Shown here piece after piece: positions 13,074-25,969 of a stretch of 64,000 nt of DNA. The notes under the pieces are model-generated. The model made no database searches, was not told where the DNA came from, and was given only the letters and a program-made list of their open reading frames with translations. Both the position numbers and the translations under genes were made by a program. This stretch comes from Lama glama (Eukaryota), in the NCBI GenBank assembly GCA_028534125.1, contig CM052832.1, positions 7,256,001 through 7,320,000 of the forward strand, written 5' to 3'. Positions within the stretch are counted from its first letter, which is position 1. The number at the start of each line of letters is the position of its first letter.

Positions 13074-14149
13074 AAACAGCTTATTTTAGATTAAAACAGC
13101 AGATCATCAGTCATTCAGGAGAAATCGTGGTCAAAAATGAATTTAAAATGGAAAAAAAAAAGTAGTTTTCAGAACAAATTTCTTTCAAAAAGTTTAGTGT
13201 GTTTGGCTGAATATGACTTTTGTTGCAACAAACTCAAGGCCACAAGAAGAAAGCATGATGGAAAGGTCACAGCATTCACACATCCTTAGAGCAAAGATGC
13301 ATGAAGAACTGTTAAGTCACCAACCAAATGGTCCAGCTAATGGTCTCATTCTTCCCTACCCAGCTCTTTCAGTGCAAGGGCAACTCACCCACAGTTGGTG
13401 ATGTTGCCATTAGAACTTCTGCTTCAAAAAAAAATCACGCTTCTGAAACTAGTATGTGAACAACAAAAATAAACCTGTCTGTCTGATGTGATCCATTCTG
13501 CTCGTTTTTATAAGCCGATCGATCAAACACTACTAAACAACTCTGGGGAGGCAGGCAGGCGCCCAGCCAGAACCCTGCACTCTGTGCACTGTATTCCCAG
13601 TGTGGTGCACTGCCCCAGTGAGAGCACCCTCTTGAAGGTGTCCAAGAGCACTTATAAAAGAGCAGGCCTTTCACAGCAGGTGCCCCGTGTCACGGCCCGT
13701 CCACCCTCACATGGCACAGTGGGGTCATTTTGCTGGTTGCTAGAGCATGATGTCTGACAGCTCCTCTTTTTACAGCAGGATTTTAAATCGGTTTTAAACA
13801 CTCACTTCTTTTATTAAGTATCTATCTAATTGCATCCTCGGGATCAAGAAGATACCGTTTTTAAATAGAATAAAGTTAAAAGACACATCTGCTGTGGAGC
13901 ACCAATCAGGAATCAGTACCATGGCCACATTCAGGTCACTCAGTCCAGCTAGCGAGTACCAAACACCTGCCATGCGAGTGTCACTAGGCATTGAAAGGAG
14001 GAGGGGAAAGTATATAAGATAACGTCCTGGCCCCCAAGCAGTGCACAGTCTGGTCGGGAAGGCAGGCAGGCAATTACAGTGTGAGGGCAGTCACTGAAAT
14101 GCTACAGTTTGGGGATCAACTGAACAAATATAAATACGGACTATTTCAA

Positions 14150-14420
14150 AATATCAAGGAAGAGGTGTTTTTTGTGCTTCTGTAAGGACCCGTCCTTACT
14201 TCCTAGAAAGGATAACGAGGGGTTAAATGTCATGATGTCCGTTGTTTGCTCTAAAATATTTAGGCAAAATAACAGATGAAATAAATACAGCAAAATGTTA
14301 TTAATTATAAAATAAGGATGATGGGTATATGGAGATCTTATGAATATATATATGTATCTTTTAATCTCTTTTAATGTATGTTTGAAATTTTTCACAATAA
14401 AAAACAATTTTTAAAGATAA
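14150..14420 (+). mobile_element. Old L1 (L1MC/L1ME-like) 3' end
   Basis: gcaaaatgttattaattataaaataaggatgatgggtatatggag...gtatgtttgaaatttttcacaataaaaaa. Confidence 0.7.
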
Positions 14421-15999
14421 TAAAATGCCATTGGAAGAACAGGGGAGCGAGTGGTGAGAGAAAAGAGGAAACTCCCCGATGAGATCACTATGTCCTTGAC
14501 GGCTGAGGAGGATTCTGATGAGCAGAGAAGGAAGGAGAAAAGCTCGTTGGAGGACAGATAACAGAAATATGATCATGAATGTCCTATGAGACAAGATGGT
14601 GCTGAACATGGATGTGGTGATGCAAATGGAGGACACCATTCTTCAAATCACTTGATGCCTCTCATTTTACCACGACTCGTTAATTCTTTCAAATGACGCA
14701 ACATATATGGAAAGCTGTCCTTTTAAAAGATAGATTCTTTTTACCCCTTAACCAATAAAACAATACTTTGGCAGCCCATGAGCCTCCTGGGTTCAGGCTT
14801 CCCTGGAGGAGGAGGGGTCTGGGGAGACATGAGCTAATTCTGCTGTCGGCAAGTAAGCGACAGAATGAGACCCGGTCCAGTACTCCAAGCCACAGGATAT
14901 AACCATTTAAGAATGTTGTGACAATGACTTGGAGTAAAAAGGAAGAGGAGAGAGGACTTGCACCAGAATTAAACCATTTTTCAAAGCAAACTGGTTATAC
15001 AGCAAAAGAGATACAATTCCACGGCAGTGCTGGGAGGAAAAAAATGATTCCCTCAATTCTAATCTCTCTACCCTGAAAGTGGTACATGAAGGAGTGTTTG
15101 GAGGGAAGGCGTGGGGGACAGGATGACTAATTTTAAAGTCATAATTCAATTCCAAAGGAAATTACTTGGAATTTTACTGCTAAGGATGAGCCTTACTATA
15201 TCAGATAGAGTTCAGTTTAGACGGTTTCCAGCAAAAGCAAGATAACAGGAAGATGACACAGACCCAAGTGAGTTCTCAGGGAAGCCAAGCAAACTTTGGA
15301 TCCAAATACCTTATAATTATTGAGGCTCCAGATTAAAAAACTTAGATTTTCTGCATTCCTACATACGTGAGAAAGTGAAAATACTACTGAGAAAAATGAA
15401 ATTCTTCTCCGTTTACATTCAGATGACATTTCACTGGTAGTTTGTAAAAGTCTAAAAATCGAAGGCCTGTACTCTCGTAATGCTTGTAATGTTTAGATAA
15501 GCTCTTTGCTTCTCCCTGACACAGCTCCCCACCTTCACCCTCCACGCCACTACAAAGAGTCCCAGTCAACCTCCCCTAATTTCTGTATTTCCATTCGTAT
15601 CACTATTGTCCAGTCTCCCTGGCTCAAAATCCAGCTTAGGTATGTCTTTGCCACCTCCCTCTCCTAGACCCCATCATCCACTCAAGCCCAGCCCTGGGAT
15701 GGGCCTCTGGCTCCCATTCCCACTAGGACCACTGCCGACCTCTCACTTGTGGCCAAGACAGCAGAGCAGCGGGCTAGCATATTTGCAAGGGCACCAACCA
15801 GTGCTACGACCACAGGAAGGGTTTAACAGAACTCTCTGGGCCTGCCAAAAACGAAAAGATCGTTTCCATAATTTCTAAAGTCCTTGCAGTCCCTAAATTC
15901 TAACATAAATGATACTTACCTGCTCAAACCCCTTCGGTTGCTTTACACTGTCTATCAAACTAAGCATAGCTCCCCCAAGGCCAGCAAACAAGGACCTGG

Positions 16000-16512
16000 A
16001 AAAGATGGTCGCAACATACCTTATCATGCTCACTCCAATGGCTCCTACTAAACTGCTCCCAGGCTTTGCTCCACACACTGGACTCCCCACTGTCCCTCAG
16101 AGAGTCCCTGTGCCTTCGCCCAAGCTGCCTCCCCCACTCAGAACTGCCTCTCCCCAGTATCTCCAACACGCCAAATCCCTTCCCAATCTCAACTTGGTCA
16201 TCACATTGTTCTGGTTGTTTCTGTCTCTAGTGAACCCTCTGGTTCTATCTGGTTTCTCAGCAAGTGGAGAGCAGCTACAACTTTTTTTTTTTTTTTGGTC
16301 TACTACTGTGTTGTACTTAAGTATAGAGGGGATTCAGTAAGCATTAATTTACTATGAATTGATATAAAATATTTATGTAAAATTATCCTAGATTCTCCTG
16401 GACTGGATTCTGAACCCCGAGGACAGGTGTCACGTCACATCTAGCACGTAACCTAGATTACAGCCTAGATACAGAGAAGGCACACAACAAATGTGTGTTG
16501 AATTAATAAATG
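16000..16512 (+). mobile_element. L2 3' fragments
   Basis: ccacacactggactcc...; ends ctagatacagagaaggcacacaacaaatgtgtgttgaattaataaatga. Confidence 0.5.
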
Positions 16513-18749
16513 AGAACACTGATACATTTAGAATCCTCTCTGCTTCTGTCCAGTAAAAGTCAGAGAGGAGGAGAAAAAAAGAAAAACGCCTGGTTATTGG
16601 GAAACATTTCCCACAGTTAAATTGATGAGTCTGTAATCTTTGCTGGGAAAGGCTGCTGAGTCATCTTTTTTCCTAAGAGTGTGCTGTCTGGTTCAGGTCA
16701 AAAACTATTTCGGGACCAGAATAATGAAACTGTCTTCATGATTAAGGCCTCTAGCCCCTCTGTGCCACTGGAAATTAGCAGCCACGCAATATGCTGTGTG
16801 CCCAGGGCCCCAGCACTCACACAGGACGGCCCTAGCCTGCTGTTAGTGTGTGACTTCAGACAGAGGACCACAGATCATAAACAAATCTCCTTCCAGGAGA
16901 TTCTTCTCTGATGGCATCTCAAAAATGAACTAACAGAGCTTCCCTCTAAGGGCCCTTCTTCATTTATAAACCAATTTCTAAAGAAAAAAAAGATCATCAT
17001 CACTACCACATATCTTCAAGCCCCTTTCAGCCCTGGAACAGAGTCAGGCCTGCAGAATTCAGTTTATCGGGGAAGAAGAGAGGAAGCACAATTTCACCCC
17101 AGAGAGGTCTGAAGCCTTCCAGTCTCTTGGGTAAAAACATAATTATGGGAAGAAAAACATAATCTACTCAAGAGACATAATTACATAGTTCAGCCATAGA
17201 CTCCATAGAAATATTCTAGGAACTCCAGCTCATAGAAAAAAATGTTAAAAGCTGAATTTGCTTTCTTTTAATAATAAGAGGCGCCAGTTTAGATCAGTGA
17301 GTAAAAAGTTCACTCTCTCAAACTCATACAGAGTCATTTTTAAAATAGAATTAGATGCCTGAGAGAGATCATTGAAGGACAGCCTCTTTGAAAATGTAGG
17401 CTTCTAAAGTTTAAAGAATTCAAGCCCTTTCGATAAATACGCAAACAAAAGAATTGTGAGATACTAGTTTGCGTGCATATAAACGCAAGTTCCTTGATAA
17501 CTTTTAGATTTTAGGCTGTGGGAACTCGCGGTGATCAAAGAATAAAGCATATGGAAGAAGGGACGGGGCTATTGGGCTATTGGGCTCTGCCAGCAGCCGT
17601 CATGCATCGGGGAATAACCACTAATAAGCATGTGCTCAGGGTAGCATCCTTTTTCTTGAAATAATGAAGTCAAAAAAAGTGAACTATCTAAAGGAAAAGA
17701 AATTCATGGGAGGTAAGAAGAAAAAAGGATTAAAAAATGTAAAGACAGATCAGATGAAAGCATGCTGGAAATAAACAAGAGATGCACCACTTTTCGCAGG
17801 CAGAGCGGAAAGAACCAACAGAGAACCACAGGGCTGACTTCCGCATGGCCCCTCTCCTTTGTCCTAACACACCTCTCCTCTTCTCTGCCTCTTTACCTCC
17901 AAATTCTCCGGCACTTTCTTCCTAGCTCCAATCCTGCTATCCTTGACTCTGTCTGCCTGTTGTTTCTGAAGGATGCTTCTTTCTGTCTTTTTCATATACC
18001 CGGCAGCCATATGAGAAAAGAAGGAGGGTGGGGGAAGTTGAGGAAAAGACATCTAGAAAGAACAAAATAAGAGAAAGCAGAGAAGCTTAACTCAGAAATT
18101 TTATTACATGATACCCGGTCTTCCTGACTCCATATTATCACAACACATCTCGTTCTACTAATTACAACCTAACATCCACAACCACCCTGGGCCGTCTGAA
18201 TCTGCATCTCTCCCTTCAGTTTCTGGGAAATGAACAAAAGATCTCTTTCTCTCTGTCTACACTTTCCTCCCAAAACTTAGTAACACTTGAGTGCGTTAGT
18301 TCTGAAAACATTTCCTTTGCCTTCTTTGACTATGATATATTAACACACACCACAGTTCTGTGCGACTAGCTTTTATAGAGACCCCACTGAGAGATGTAAA
18401 GATTTTTTTTAACGGTAACGTTTTAAGCAATGGAAATGGTAGTTTCCATAGCTGAACAAAACGCATCACTGTTTATTTGCCAATAATCCAGCTAAACATG
18501 GATGGCATTATTCTTCAAAGAGTCTAGTGACAACCAGCCTAGAGACTGTCACGCAATCCGTGGATCCTGGCTGAGTTTCCTTAGCATGCGATCTTCTCTT
18601 TCTCTTTCATTATTAGGGTTTTGTGCATGTGCTGTGTGTGTGACTGTGTGTTTTAAGCAAAGAAAAAAGCACTATGTTGAAGCAATTAAAAAGTGCAAAG
18701 GGCTCCTCTCTTAACATTTGTTGCTCCAGCCACAGAACATCGTTTTTAA

Positions 18750-19300
18750 TTTTCCCAAAATGTTAAAAAGTAATAACCAAAGAAGTCAGCCGGCTCCCGC
18801 AGCCTGGTCCTGCTGTGCTGAATGGCAGTGAAGATCACAGAGGAAGAAAAAAGAAAAAGACAGAAAAAATAAGTGGGGGGGCAGAATTTCTTGGTGAAAC
18901 TGGACCTCGTCCAGCTGGCAAGAAGAGGTGGTTTTCTTAACGCTTGCGAAACTTGATTACTTTTTTTAAAGGAATGAAGAAGAAGGAGATATAAACACAG
19001 CCATTAAGACAGATTTAAGGTACTTAGTTTTAATCTGGGCGAAGGCCTCTCCAATTGTCTGCCGCTCTGCAATTCTCTGCTCGCGAGACATTAATTCGGG
19101 GTATGTCAGTGTCTTCCAAGCAGCGAATGCGGTCAGCTGAGCTCTGTGGTTAGCCTCTCAGGTCAGGCATGGAAGGAACAGCAGCTTAAGCAATAATGGA
19201 TGGATGTCTGTTACAGGCCATGTCTGTCAGACGTCTGTGTTACTACATTAAAGGACTATTGTGTTTATATCTACACAACAGGTCTTACACAGATTGTTTA
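18750..19300. promoter_or_regulatory. Candidate intronic enhancer with paired RUNX motifs
   Basis: TGCGGT 19128-19133, CAGCTG 19134-19139 and TGTGGTT 19145-19151, in a stretch with no recognisable repeats and several retained CpGs. Confidence 0.35.
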
Positions 19301-20999
19301 AACATGATTAAACAGGAGATGTCTTTGAAATTAACACCCTAATAAAATTCAGATGGGTGAAGGAATTAAAAAATGCCATCAACAACATTTAAAGAAAAAA
19401 AAACCCAAAACCCTCATTTCTCTCTCAACTGCAAGGGTAACATGATATAAATTCCAAAATAAAACAGTTTACAAGTTAAACTTAGAAGAAGTTCCTCATG
19501 TATCAGCAGCCTTTTCCGATGGGCTAGCATTTATCCCCTGAGCCACCCACCCTTCCTGAATGCTGCTTCACAACTGACTGTAGTCTTGACAGATCACGGC
19601 CTTGTTCAGCCAAGTGTAATGAAGGAAGTCTATTGTGTTAATCCTTGTCTTCTTATCTTCTGCGGACTCTGAATAAAGAACTGAAAACTCTACATCTTCA
19701 TTCCAAAACGACAGTGTACTCACTTTCAGATCTGCTTAAGTGTTCTTACATTCCACCCTGTCACTAAAGGTGCCAAGTAGTTTGAGTAGGATCAGGTTAT
19801 TGTTATATAAAAGGGAATCTACAGTAGTGTTAAATGGAGTTAGAAGATAGCAGGTTTTACCTTTTTTTTTCAAGGCACAGCAGACTAGAAAAGTGCTTTC
19901 TCTTCAAACCCAAGGAAGTGGGTTGGTGCCCAGTTTTCAGACTTCATCATCAGCCCCACCTCAGTTAAAGAACATGATTGAGACACCAGCTCAATACCTT
20001 TTTCAAAAAATGTTTTTAGAAAACCTTCAGGTGATTAAAATGGAAACTTTTTTTTTTCAAAAGCAAATGTAAAGTTTTAAGAACTTTTGTCTGCTAGCTT
20101 CACAGTGATTTATTTAATCAGTAATGACTGCTGAGGATTTTTCTTTTGTCTGCGTAAAATGTGTACAGTATGGGCTCTTCCACGTACCCGTGTATATGGT
20201 TATATATTTACATTATCTCTATCCTTCGCATATACATGTAAGTACAGACAGGGAAAGCCCAGGAGAAGGAACAGAGATATGACCAACGCGAGCTCCACGT
20301 TTCTCTCCAAGTAACTTTCCTCTTGAAGCCCAATATGCCATACAGCCTAGGGACACCATGAAACCACACCCTTCCAACTACCATCAGCCTATTAGATGCC
20401 TTTGTTTTTTTTTCAAAATGGCACGTGCTCAAGAGTCCAGGAAGCTTACTGGAAAAGAAGTAGTACAATCTGGAAAGTGGGGTAACCAAAGAAAGCACGT
20501 CATCACTTGATTCTTTCTCTTCTGGGTCCTGTCTCTTTCACGGACCGTCCACTGAAAATGGTCACAGAAATGATATCCTTTCTGCTCCAAGGGTAGGTTC
20601 TTCCCAAGAGTCAGCTGGCCCAATGGCTCAACAAGTCCTACTAACAATCTTTGAGATTCAGTTGTAAAACTCTGTCCAATAGAACTGAAGATTGCTCAAC
20701 ATGTCGTAAGAAAGATAAGGCATGACTGAAATGCAGGAGATTTGGGTTCTGCCACTGACAGTAGCCTGTGAGCTTCTTGGGTACAGAATTCCCATCTGTG
20801 AAATAACAGACTACCTAACTTCCAGTTCTAAGAACGAGCGATGCTGTGGATGGATGCCTTGCCTGTCGCCATGGGTTACAGACAAGATCAGTGAACTTAA
20901 CGGAATATTTAAAAGACCAAGCCACTGTCTGATTGGAAAGCAGAATCCCATATCTAAATCTGGGCCTGGCTTTATAAAGAGCAGAAAACCTGTAGACTG

Positions 21000-21210
21000 T
21001 TCCTGGCTTTGCCACTAACTTGGTGGTGGAGATACAGGCAAATAACCTATCATCTCTATGATTCAATTTCCTCCTATGACTCAACTTCCTCATCTGTCAA
21101 ATGAGGATCAAAATATCTGCATCACAGGGATGTCATCAGGATGAAATGTAATAGAGGCGAAAATGTCCTTCACAGGTGAAACCATGATGCAAATACAATA
21201 CTCATTTATC
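21000..21210 (+). mobile_element. MIR relic
   Basis: tcctggctttgccactaact...ctcaacttcctcatctgtcaaatgaggat...acagggatgtcatcaggatgaaatg. Confidence 0.7.
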
Positions 21211-21249
21211 AATTAAAATTTCCCAAACGAGGGCACTTGGGGAGGCCCC

Positions 21250-22330
21250 ATATAAGCAAAGAATCACAGCAATGTGACAATTAGCATAATCAAGGTCTGA
21301 ACAGGCAGCGGGGAACCAAAGAATAAATGCTTAACTTCCAAGAGTGGCTCAGGAAGGGCCCTCAGAGGAGATGGCATTTGAGTAAACTTAAAGGATGAGC
21401 AGAAGTCAGTCAAGCAAGTGCAGAAGAAAAAGATACTCCAAGCAGAAGGAACAGCAGGTGCAAAGACACGGAGATTAAAAATGCTGAGAGTGAAGCAATT
21501 TGGCATGGCTGGGGCTCAGCCACGGGGTGTGGGAGGGAGGCAGTGGGGCAGGCCAGATGCTGAAAGTCACAAAGTCTGAACTTCAACTTGTAAATAACAG
21601 GGGACCGCTGAGGTATCTTAGGCAAGGGTGTGCCATGAGCCAATTTACAGTTTCGGAGGACCACTTTACTTTACAAGGGGAAACAGATCTCAAAAGGAGT
21701 GCAGTCTGAGGCATGAAACCAGTTAGGAGATTATTTGTATATTACAGACCAGGAGACAAACACTGAGAGGGTGAACTAAGCTAAAGCCAGGCCTGTGGGT
21801 GTGCGGGAAACATTTCAGACACAGAATAGTAGAACGAGAAGATAAAAGGAGTAAGGTAGAGAGGATGAATGTCGGGTTTCACATTTGGACAAACAGGTGA
21901 ACTGTGGGGCACTAGAAACTGGTAAAGCTAGGTGGGTGGTGGTCCTATTTGGGTGCAGGAGTTTGGTTAAAGTGGAGGTGCAGGATCCCGAATATTGAGG
22001 GGACATCAGTGTGAAATACCTGGGGGACAGACTCCGGTGGAGATGCCCAAGAAGCAAACCAGAAACACGAGTTTGAGATTCAGAAGAGGGTGGAGATGCA
22101 TCTTCAGGCATCACAGAAACTTGAAGCCATTGATGTAACTGACATGGTCACTCAGGAAATGGAGATATGGAAAGAGTAGAGGAAAATATTTTAAAAGGAA
22201 CTTAAGAAGCACAAACGCGTATGGAGTCGGCAAGCAAAAGAAGCCAGTAAAGAGATGCAGGGGAAGGAGGGGTGCCATGGAGACCAAGAAGCAGGCAGCA
22301 CTCCTCCCAGAAGGACGCAAACCAGGAGCC
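21250..22330 (-). mobile_element. L2 LINE relic (about 1.1 kb)
   Basis: caggaagggccctcagaggagatggcatttgagtaaacttaaaggatgag...ccagttaggag...ggagatgcccaagaagca...ttgaagccattg. Confidence 0.85.
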
Positions 22331-22434
22331 ATCACTCCACCGCGGCCTGAGGGACCCGAGGAAGTCTGGTGGGAAAGCAGCCTCTCCTTCTACTCCAGAG
22401 CCAAAGGCACAAAGTTAGTTCAGCCACAATGGTT

Positions 22435-22746
22435 AAAAAGAAGAAGAAGAAAGAAGAAAGAAGAAGAAGGAGGAGGGGGAGGGGGAGGGGAGGGGGAGGA
22501 GAAGAAGAAGAAGAAGAAGGAGGAGGAGGAGGAGGAGGAGGAGAAGGAGAAGAAGGAGAAGAAGGAGAAGAAGAAGGAGGAGGAGGAGGAGAAGAAGGAG
22601 GAGGAGGAGAAGAAGAAGGAGGAGGAGGAGGAGAAGAAGGAGAAGAAGGAGAAGAAGAAGAAGGAGAAGAAGAAGGAGAAGAAGAAAGAAGGAGAAGGAG
22701 GAGAAGAAGGAGAAGGAGAAGGAGAAGAAGAAGAAGAAGAAGAAGA
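22435..22746 (+). repeat. 312-bp pure purine tract, mixed (GAA)n/(GGA)n/(GGGGGA)n
   Basis: Only A and G across the interval; blocks of gaa, gga and the 9-mer gagaagaag. Confidence 0.97.
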
Positions 22747-22749
22747 CTC

Positions 22750-22886
22750 TCCTCCATTCACTCTGTACCTATTCCGCAAGCGACCTCACCCACACCAACG
22801 GCTTCAAGTTCCAGAGACTATCACAAACGCTTCTCCAGCATCTCCTGAACTTGAGACTCATACTTCTAGTTGCCTCCTGGGCATCT
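22750..22886 (+). mobile_element. Short L2 fragment, inverted relative to 22041-22183
   Basis: acggcttcaagttcc...ctcctgaacttgagactcatacttctagttgcctcctgggcatct; hand alignment to the reverse complement of 22041-22136 gives 67/96 identities. Confidence 0.75.
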
Positions 22887-25800
22887 TTTTAATAAGAATA
22901 CCTTTATGGTGATCACAAGTGTGCACAGTGTCTTCTGAGTTCAGTCTTGGTCACATTATTTTAAGAGAATATTCTGAAGCCTCCCAACTGCAGGGCGATC
23001 AGCCCTTTCTGGACCAAGTCACAAATCAGACTCCGACTCTGTACCTATTAGTCACACAGGCCAGAGGGCAACCAAAACGTGTGCTGGTCTAACTACTACA
23101 CTGGGAACACCAAAACCAGAGTCCAAGACAGAGGGGAGCAAAGGAAAACATGAAGCAACAGCAAAAAAAAATCTCTAAGACTAACCATCTTTCCCAGCAT
23201 ATCTTCCAAGAAAAATCCTTCCCGAATCCCATAGAGCAGTACATTTGACCACTTCTCATCCTACCATGTGCACTCCGGTAAGCTCAGGAGAAATAGAGAA
23301 ACACAATAAAATAAACGTGTTCCCTCTTCTCCACCCTCTCCCTCTCTGCAGCCTCACTCCAGGTGTCAATCAGAAAGCAACGAGCCCTGAAGAACATCCA
23401 TGTGGATGGAAGAAAGGACTCCATCTGTTCTGGATGCAGATATGGCAATGACACAATGGAAATAGTGGGCGGTGACAGCATTAACAGAAATGCCGACCTA
23501 ACTAATCACACACGTGAAAGGACTTGGGAAACAAAGTCTGAGCCACCAAGTTGGCCTCAAGATTTTTAGACCTTCTCCTTTTCCCTACCCGAAAAAAGCT
23601 GAACTCCAGAGGCTGCCACATTCTAGAGAAGTTTAGGAGTTCTCTTGGGAAAAAAACGTGATGATCACCTCCACGGATTTTGTGATAGGCTTTTTTTTTT
23701 CCTTCGGTGAATTCAAAATTAGGCCCTTGGCTGGTCAATAATTTTATGTACCAGCTCATGATATAAAATTTTTATTCCTCATTACTGATCTGAAAAAACA
23801 AACTTCAGAGTGTATTTTCAAAGTTAATGCAATTATCTGATCTACTTTTTTCCCCTGAATTATACTCAACAGTGTATCCCCAACCGGCAGAAGGCCATCG
23901 CACTAGAAACCAGAGTTGAGGGGATCAAACAGGACAGAACGAAAAAAAGGACAGAACTGTTAACACTGGCAGCACTGGAACTCAGCCCTGAATGCTGAGG
24001 AGGCCCCAGATTAATAGGAGCAGAGGAGAGAGTTAAGACTGAAAGCACCTCAGCCGGCTCATAACTGCCATCAATAATAGATCTTTGCAAAGAGCAGAGT
24101 GAAGAAGTTCTTGGTTTGAGGCTGTTTTATTTTTTTGGCTGGGAGGAGAGGCATTAATCATAAAAATAGAACAGATTTAGTGTTCGTCTTCTGAAAGTCA
24201 TCGTCAATCAACCGAGAATTTAATATTCAAGAATTTCGACCAGTAAGTTTAATTATTGATACTCAAGATTCAGCTCACAGGCCTTCCCATCAATAAAAAG
24301 CCTTCCCTCCACCCTCCAGATGAAAGTAAAGCTGCTTCTGGACGTCCCTGTCACTTCAGCGGCCACGTCCTATGCTCTCCCTCCTCTCCTACTGCTTTCT
24401 GTCCACACGGGCACAGTCACCAATGCTCATGTTTTCTCCCCTTCTTGGACTGACCTTCCCCTCAGCCCCCCATATGACTGAGTCCTCTCTGAATCCTCAC
24501 AGCCCTTTCTGAAGTACATACAGGTACCCAAGAAGTGTTTGTGGAATAAACAAATGGGCCAGTGATAGAAGGAATCTATATGTTAACAGCCATCCTCTCC
24601 AGCAGGGAACAGTTCTCATTACAAACACACCTAAGGCAACAGAAAAGCCTCGTAACTTCCAGTATGGTCCCCTCTTCTTCTGGGGTAAGAAACGAAAAGT
24701 TGGACTTAATATCTATTAAGAGAGATTCTGACCCTGAAGGAGACGTTCTACCTTCCTGGTAATTTTCCAGTAGCCAGATTAAGCGCTGCAGATTCTGGTC
24801 ACCTTCTAGGCTTATTAACAGAAATGAGCAAATATCGACTTCTACTGCTTATACATTAAAGACTAGGCAAGAAGACTACCTGCCCCCAGAAAAGACGAAA
24901 TGCACAATGATTCATCACAATGTACGTATCATATTGTGTGCTTAAATACTTACACACACAAGTAAAATATAAAAATATCATGAGTGATATTTAACATATT
25001 TACCAACCCAGTTGTCCTCCAAACATTCCCGAACCATCATACAAACTGTACTCTTATTCACTTTCCCTTTCTCTGTAAGACAGCCATCCCTAGGGCACGC
25101 TAGTCCTCTGACGAGTTCAGAGGAAAGTTTTACAGCCTCTGATACTGGACCGGGGTGGGAAAGAGCAAAAAGCCAACTGAATTTGCATTAAGGGTCTGGG
25201 TGACAGAATGTAATTATCCTGACCTTAAGATGTGTTTTTGGTGTTGACAAAGCACATTTTGCTGGATTAAGGGCAATTTTTCTTTTCTCTAAAGAACAAA
25301 ATCCCGTGGCCCCAGATAATAATTCAAAGCACGCACACCTGAGATGGCCATACCGCGGCTGTACTGTTCTGCCGGCCCTGTCCCAAGACCTTATACTTGT
25401 TGATCGGTGGGGTGGCCTTTGTGAAAAAGGCAAAAGAACATCTGACTTTCCCATCCAAGCTGGAGGAAGAAAACCTGACATTCGTTCTCAGACATATGTG
25501 ACTCCTTTCAAGAACTCCTGACTCAAACTTGCAGAGGGAAGTGGCCCTGTAATAACATCTCTTCTGAGAATAGTGCCATATGGTTTTAACAGAGGTTTAT
25601 TTCCTGAACCCAAAGAGGGCTGCTGATTCTCAATCCAAGGAAAATAATTATGCAGACAATTTCACTCTATTACTTTCAGTGAAACCCATTCTGTGTGGTC
25701 CACACATGCCTGCTGACACCTTCAAAGAGACATTAAGCCATTTTTATGTACCGTGCCCTGAATGGATAGAATGTGGGGGAAATTTCCCTGAAGATTAGCA

Positions 25801-25943
25801 CCTGTCGCCCTGCATAAGGCTCCCCCACTTTGACTGTCCCATGTTAATTCTCTGACTCGGCCAAGAAAGAGGAGGGAGATGAACGGAATTTCCAAGTCAA
25901 ATAAAAACTAATTATCAGTCAGATATTAGGGCAAACATGCGTG

Positions 25944-25969
25944 CACACACACACACACACACACACACA
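25944..25969 (+). repeat. (CA)13 microsatellite
   Basis: Perfect CA run. Confidence 0.95.

Noticed and set aside
22277..22912. Four long ORFs (up to 211 aa) rich in E/K, G/R, S/P or F/S
   Set aside because: Produced by the stop-free purine tract; low complexity, flanked by L2 relics, no supporting exon structure.
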